36,981 nt of DNA, taken from IMG/VR virus record IMGVR_UViG_3300020045_003525, positions 1 through 36,981 of that record; one strand, given 5' to 3'. Under the pieces are notes generated by a model. That model ran no database searches, had not been told where the DNA came from, and saw nothing but the letters and a program-made list of their open reading frames with translations. The position numbers and the translations under genes are program-made. Numbering within the stretch: position 1 is the stretch's first letter; the number at the start of each line of letters is the position of its first letter. This stretch comes from a virus (Duplodnaviria > Caudoviricetes). Shown one piece after another: positions 35,911 to 36,981 of the stretch.

Positions 35911-35966
35911 GCGTTTTTGGCTAGTTAAATATATAAGTCCCAATTTAAAATTATTTTAAAAACCGC

Positions 35967-35997
35967 TTGACATGTGTACGTAAATCGTGCATATTGT
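35967..35997 (+). promoter_or_regulatory. Early promoter P3
   Basis: TTGACA-17 nt-CATATT followed by GGAAAGGG leader. Confidence 0.55.
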
Positions 35998-36023
35998 TTT
36001 TATCCGAGGAAAGGGACCAATAA

Positions 36024-36197
36024 ATGAGCAAGTTATATTTCGAAGTAGAATACAAAAGTGGGCGTACCGAACGGTTGCCAACTTTAGGCGTAAAGACAAA
36101 GGCATACGCAAAGCTATATGGTGATCTAGAGACGGCGCGCCATCTTGGCGCGGTAGTTAGTTTCACCCTTATGGAAGACAAGGGAGTAGGTAAATGA
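36024..36197 (+). CDS. Hypothetical 57-aa protein
   Basis: Not in ORF track: MSKLYFEVEYKSGRTERLPTLGVKTKAYAKLYGDLETARHLGAVVSFTLMEDKGVGK. Confidence 0.65.
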   Translation: MSKLYFEVEYKSGRTERLPTLGVKTKAYAKLYGDLETARHLGAVVSFTLMEDKGVGK

Positions 36198-36559
36198 GCT
36201 ACATACATAATCCATTCGCCGAACTACCATCCAACGAAGAAGACATCGAATCCATGCAATCCGCTGCGAGTGATGTTGAGTTTTTCCTGCGTAACGCTGA
36301 AATCACAACCGCTCTTGATAACCTCCGCATTATTATTGAGGGCGAAACGGGCGCGATGGCTGACATTTTATCTGAAAGCACGGACCACGATGGCGAAACG
36401 ATTGAATCGCTCTTGTATAAAGTCCGTATGCTGTATGTCCAGATTGTTGCCGAAACAACCGCCGCTATTCAAGGCCACGAAGAATGGATAAAAGACGCGC
36501 AGGACGATAAAAAAGAAGCCGCTGATTTGCGGGCTGACTATCTGGCGAGCGTTTTATGA
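36194..36559 (+). CDS. Hypothetical acidic protein
   Basis: 121 aa, GGAG RBS, ATGA overlap. Confidence 0.7.
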   Translation: MSYIHNPFAELPSNEEDIESMQSAASDVEFFLRNAEITTALDNLRIIIEGETGAMADILSESTDHDGETIESLLYKVRMLYVQIVAETTAAIQGHEEWIKDAQDDKKEAADLRADYLASVL

Positions 36560-36641
36560 TTATCTCACTCTATTTCAACCGCGCCAAGATGCTTGATAGC
36601 AAGTACTGGATATTTAAACAACAAACGAAAAAGGCTGCGTG

Positions 36642-36809
36642 ATGAACCCGCAAAAAGGACAACCAATGAACCTCACAATCATACTAACCGCCGTTTCAAC
36701 AATGGCAATTGCTGGGGCTGGGTTTTATGCCGGACGCCTTACGCTGCCGCAGAATGCGACCTGTTTTGGGCAAATGGGCATACTTCCAGACAAAGAGGTT
36801 ACGGAATGA
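36642..36809 (+). CDS. Small membrane-anchored protein
   Basis: MNPQKGQPMNLTIILTAVSTMAIAGAGFYAGRL...; hydrophobic segment; start may be the second Met. Confidence 0.5.
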   Translation: MNPQKGQPMNLTIILTAVSTMAIAGAGFYAGRLTLPQNATCFGQMGILPDKEVTE

Positions 36810-36979
36810 CCGCCTCTGAAATATTAAAGCTTATTGAGAACGTGCAGCCTGATGACGTATCGATGCTGAATGAGATTGATGCTCGAACAGTATGTTTTGA
36901 AGAAGGAAACACATACATTGGAATGTGTTCTTCAACAAATAAAGGCATAACCCGCTTTATGATGAAGGTGGGACGACAT
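36806..36979 (+). CDS. Hypothetical protein, partial
   Basis: ATGA overlap, GAGG RBS, MTASEILKLIENV...; open to window end. Confidence 0.55.
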   Translation, partial: MTASEILKLIENVQPDDVSMLNEIDARTVCFEEGNTYIGMCSSTNKGITRFMMKVGRH

Positions 36980-36981
36980 AC

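Larger units (their letters stand above)
33909..35941 (-). mobile_element. Complete IS1595-family element with passenger gene
   Basis: 24-bp imperfect TIRs GGGACTTATATActgaatTAGCCA (33909-33932) and 35918-35941; 8-bp TSD AATTTAAA at 33901-33908 and 35942-35949. Confidence 0.95.

Overview
The window is most of a tailed dsDNA phage or prophage genome of siphovirus type. An alphaproteobacterial host is an inference from the GTA-like tail modules. Positions 1-20.7 kb (minus strand) are the virion operon: terS, PBSX-type terL, HK97 portal, Mu-F-like protein, prohead protease, HK97 capsid, an inserted HNH gene, cement protein, connector and closure proteins, tail tube, frameshifted tail chaperone, short tape measure, Dit/hub/NlpC/tail-tip proteins and several fibres. 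Positions 20.7-21.5 kb hold a small promoter-driven accessory operon ending in a superinfection-immunity gene. Positions 21.5-28.7 kb are a divergent replication module: VRR-NUC, primase-polymerase and an RHH regulator on one side; Sak4-like ATPase, SSB, Cas4-like nuclease and SF2 helicase on the other. Positions 28.7-37 kb are an early region of small ORFs with two more endonucleases, a methyltransferase-fold gene and a complete IS1595-family element (TIRs, 8-bp TSD) carrying a P63C passenger. The most unusual observations are: a head-closure protein fused in frame to an SGNH/SASA carbohydrate esterase and a LamG lectin; a kissing-loop 5' RNA structure and an RBS-sequestering hairpin controlling two HNH genes; and a stand-alone peptide resembling the toxin-binding half of DinJ/RelB antitoxins. 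No integrase, CI repressor, lysis genes, tRNA or CRISPR array was recognised. All family calls come from motif recognition by eye, not from database searches.
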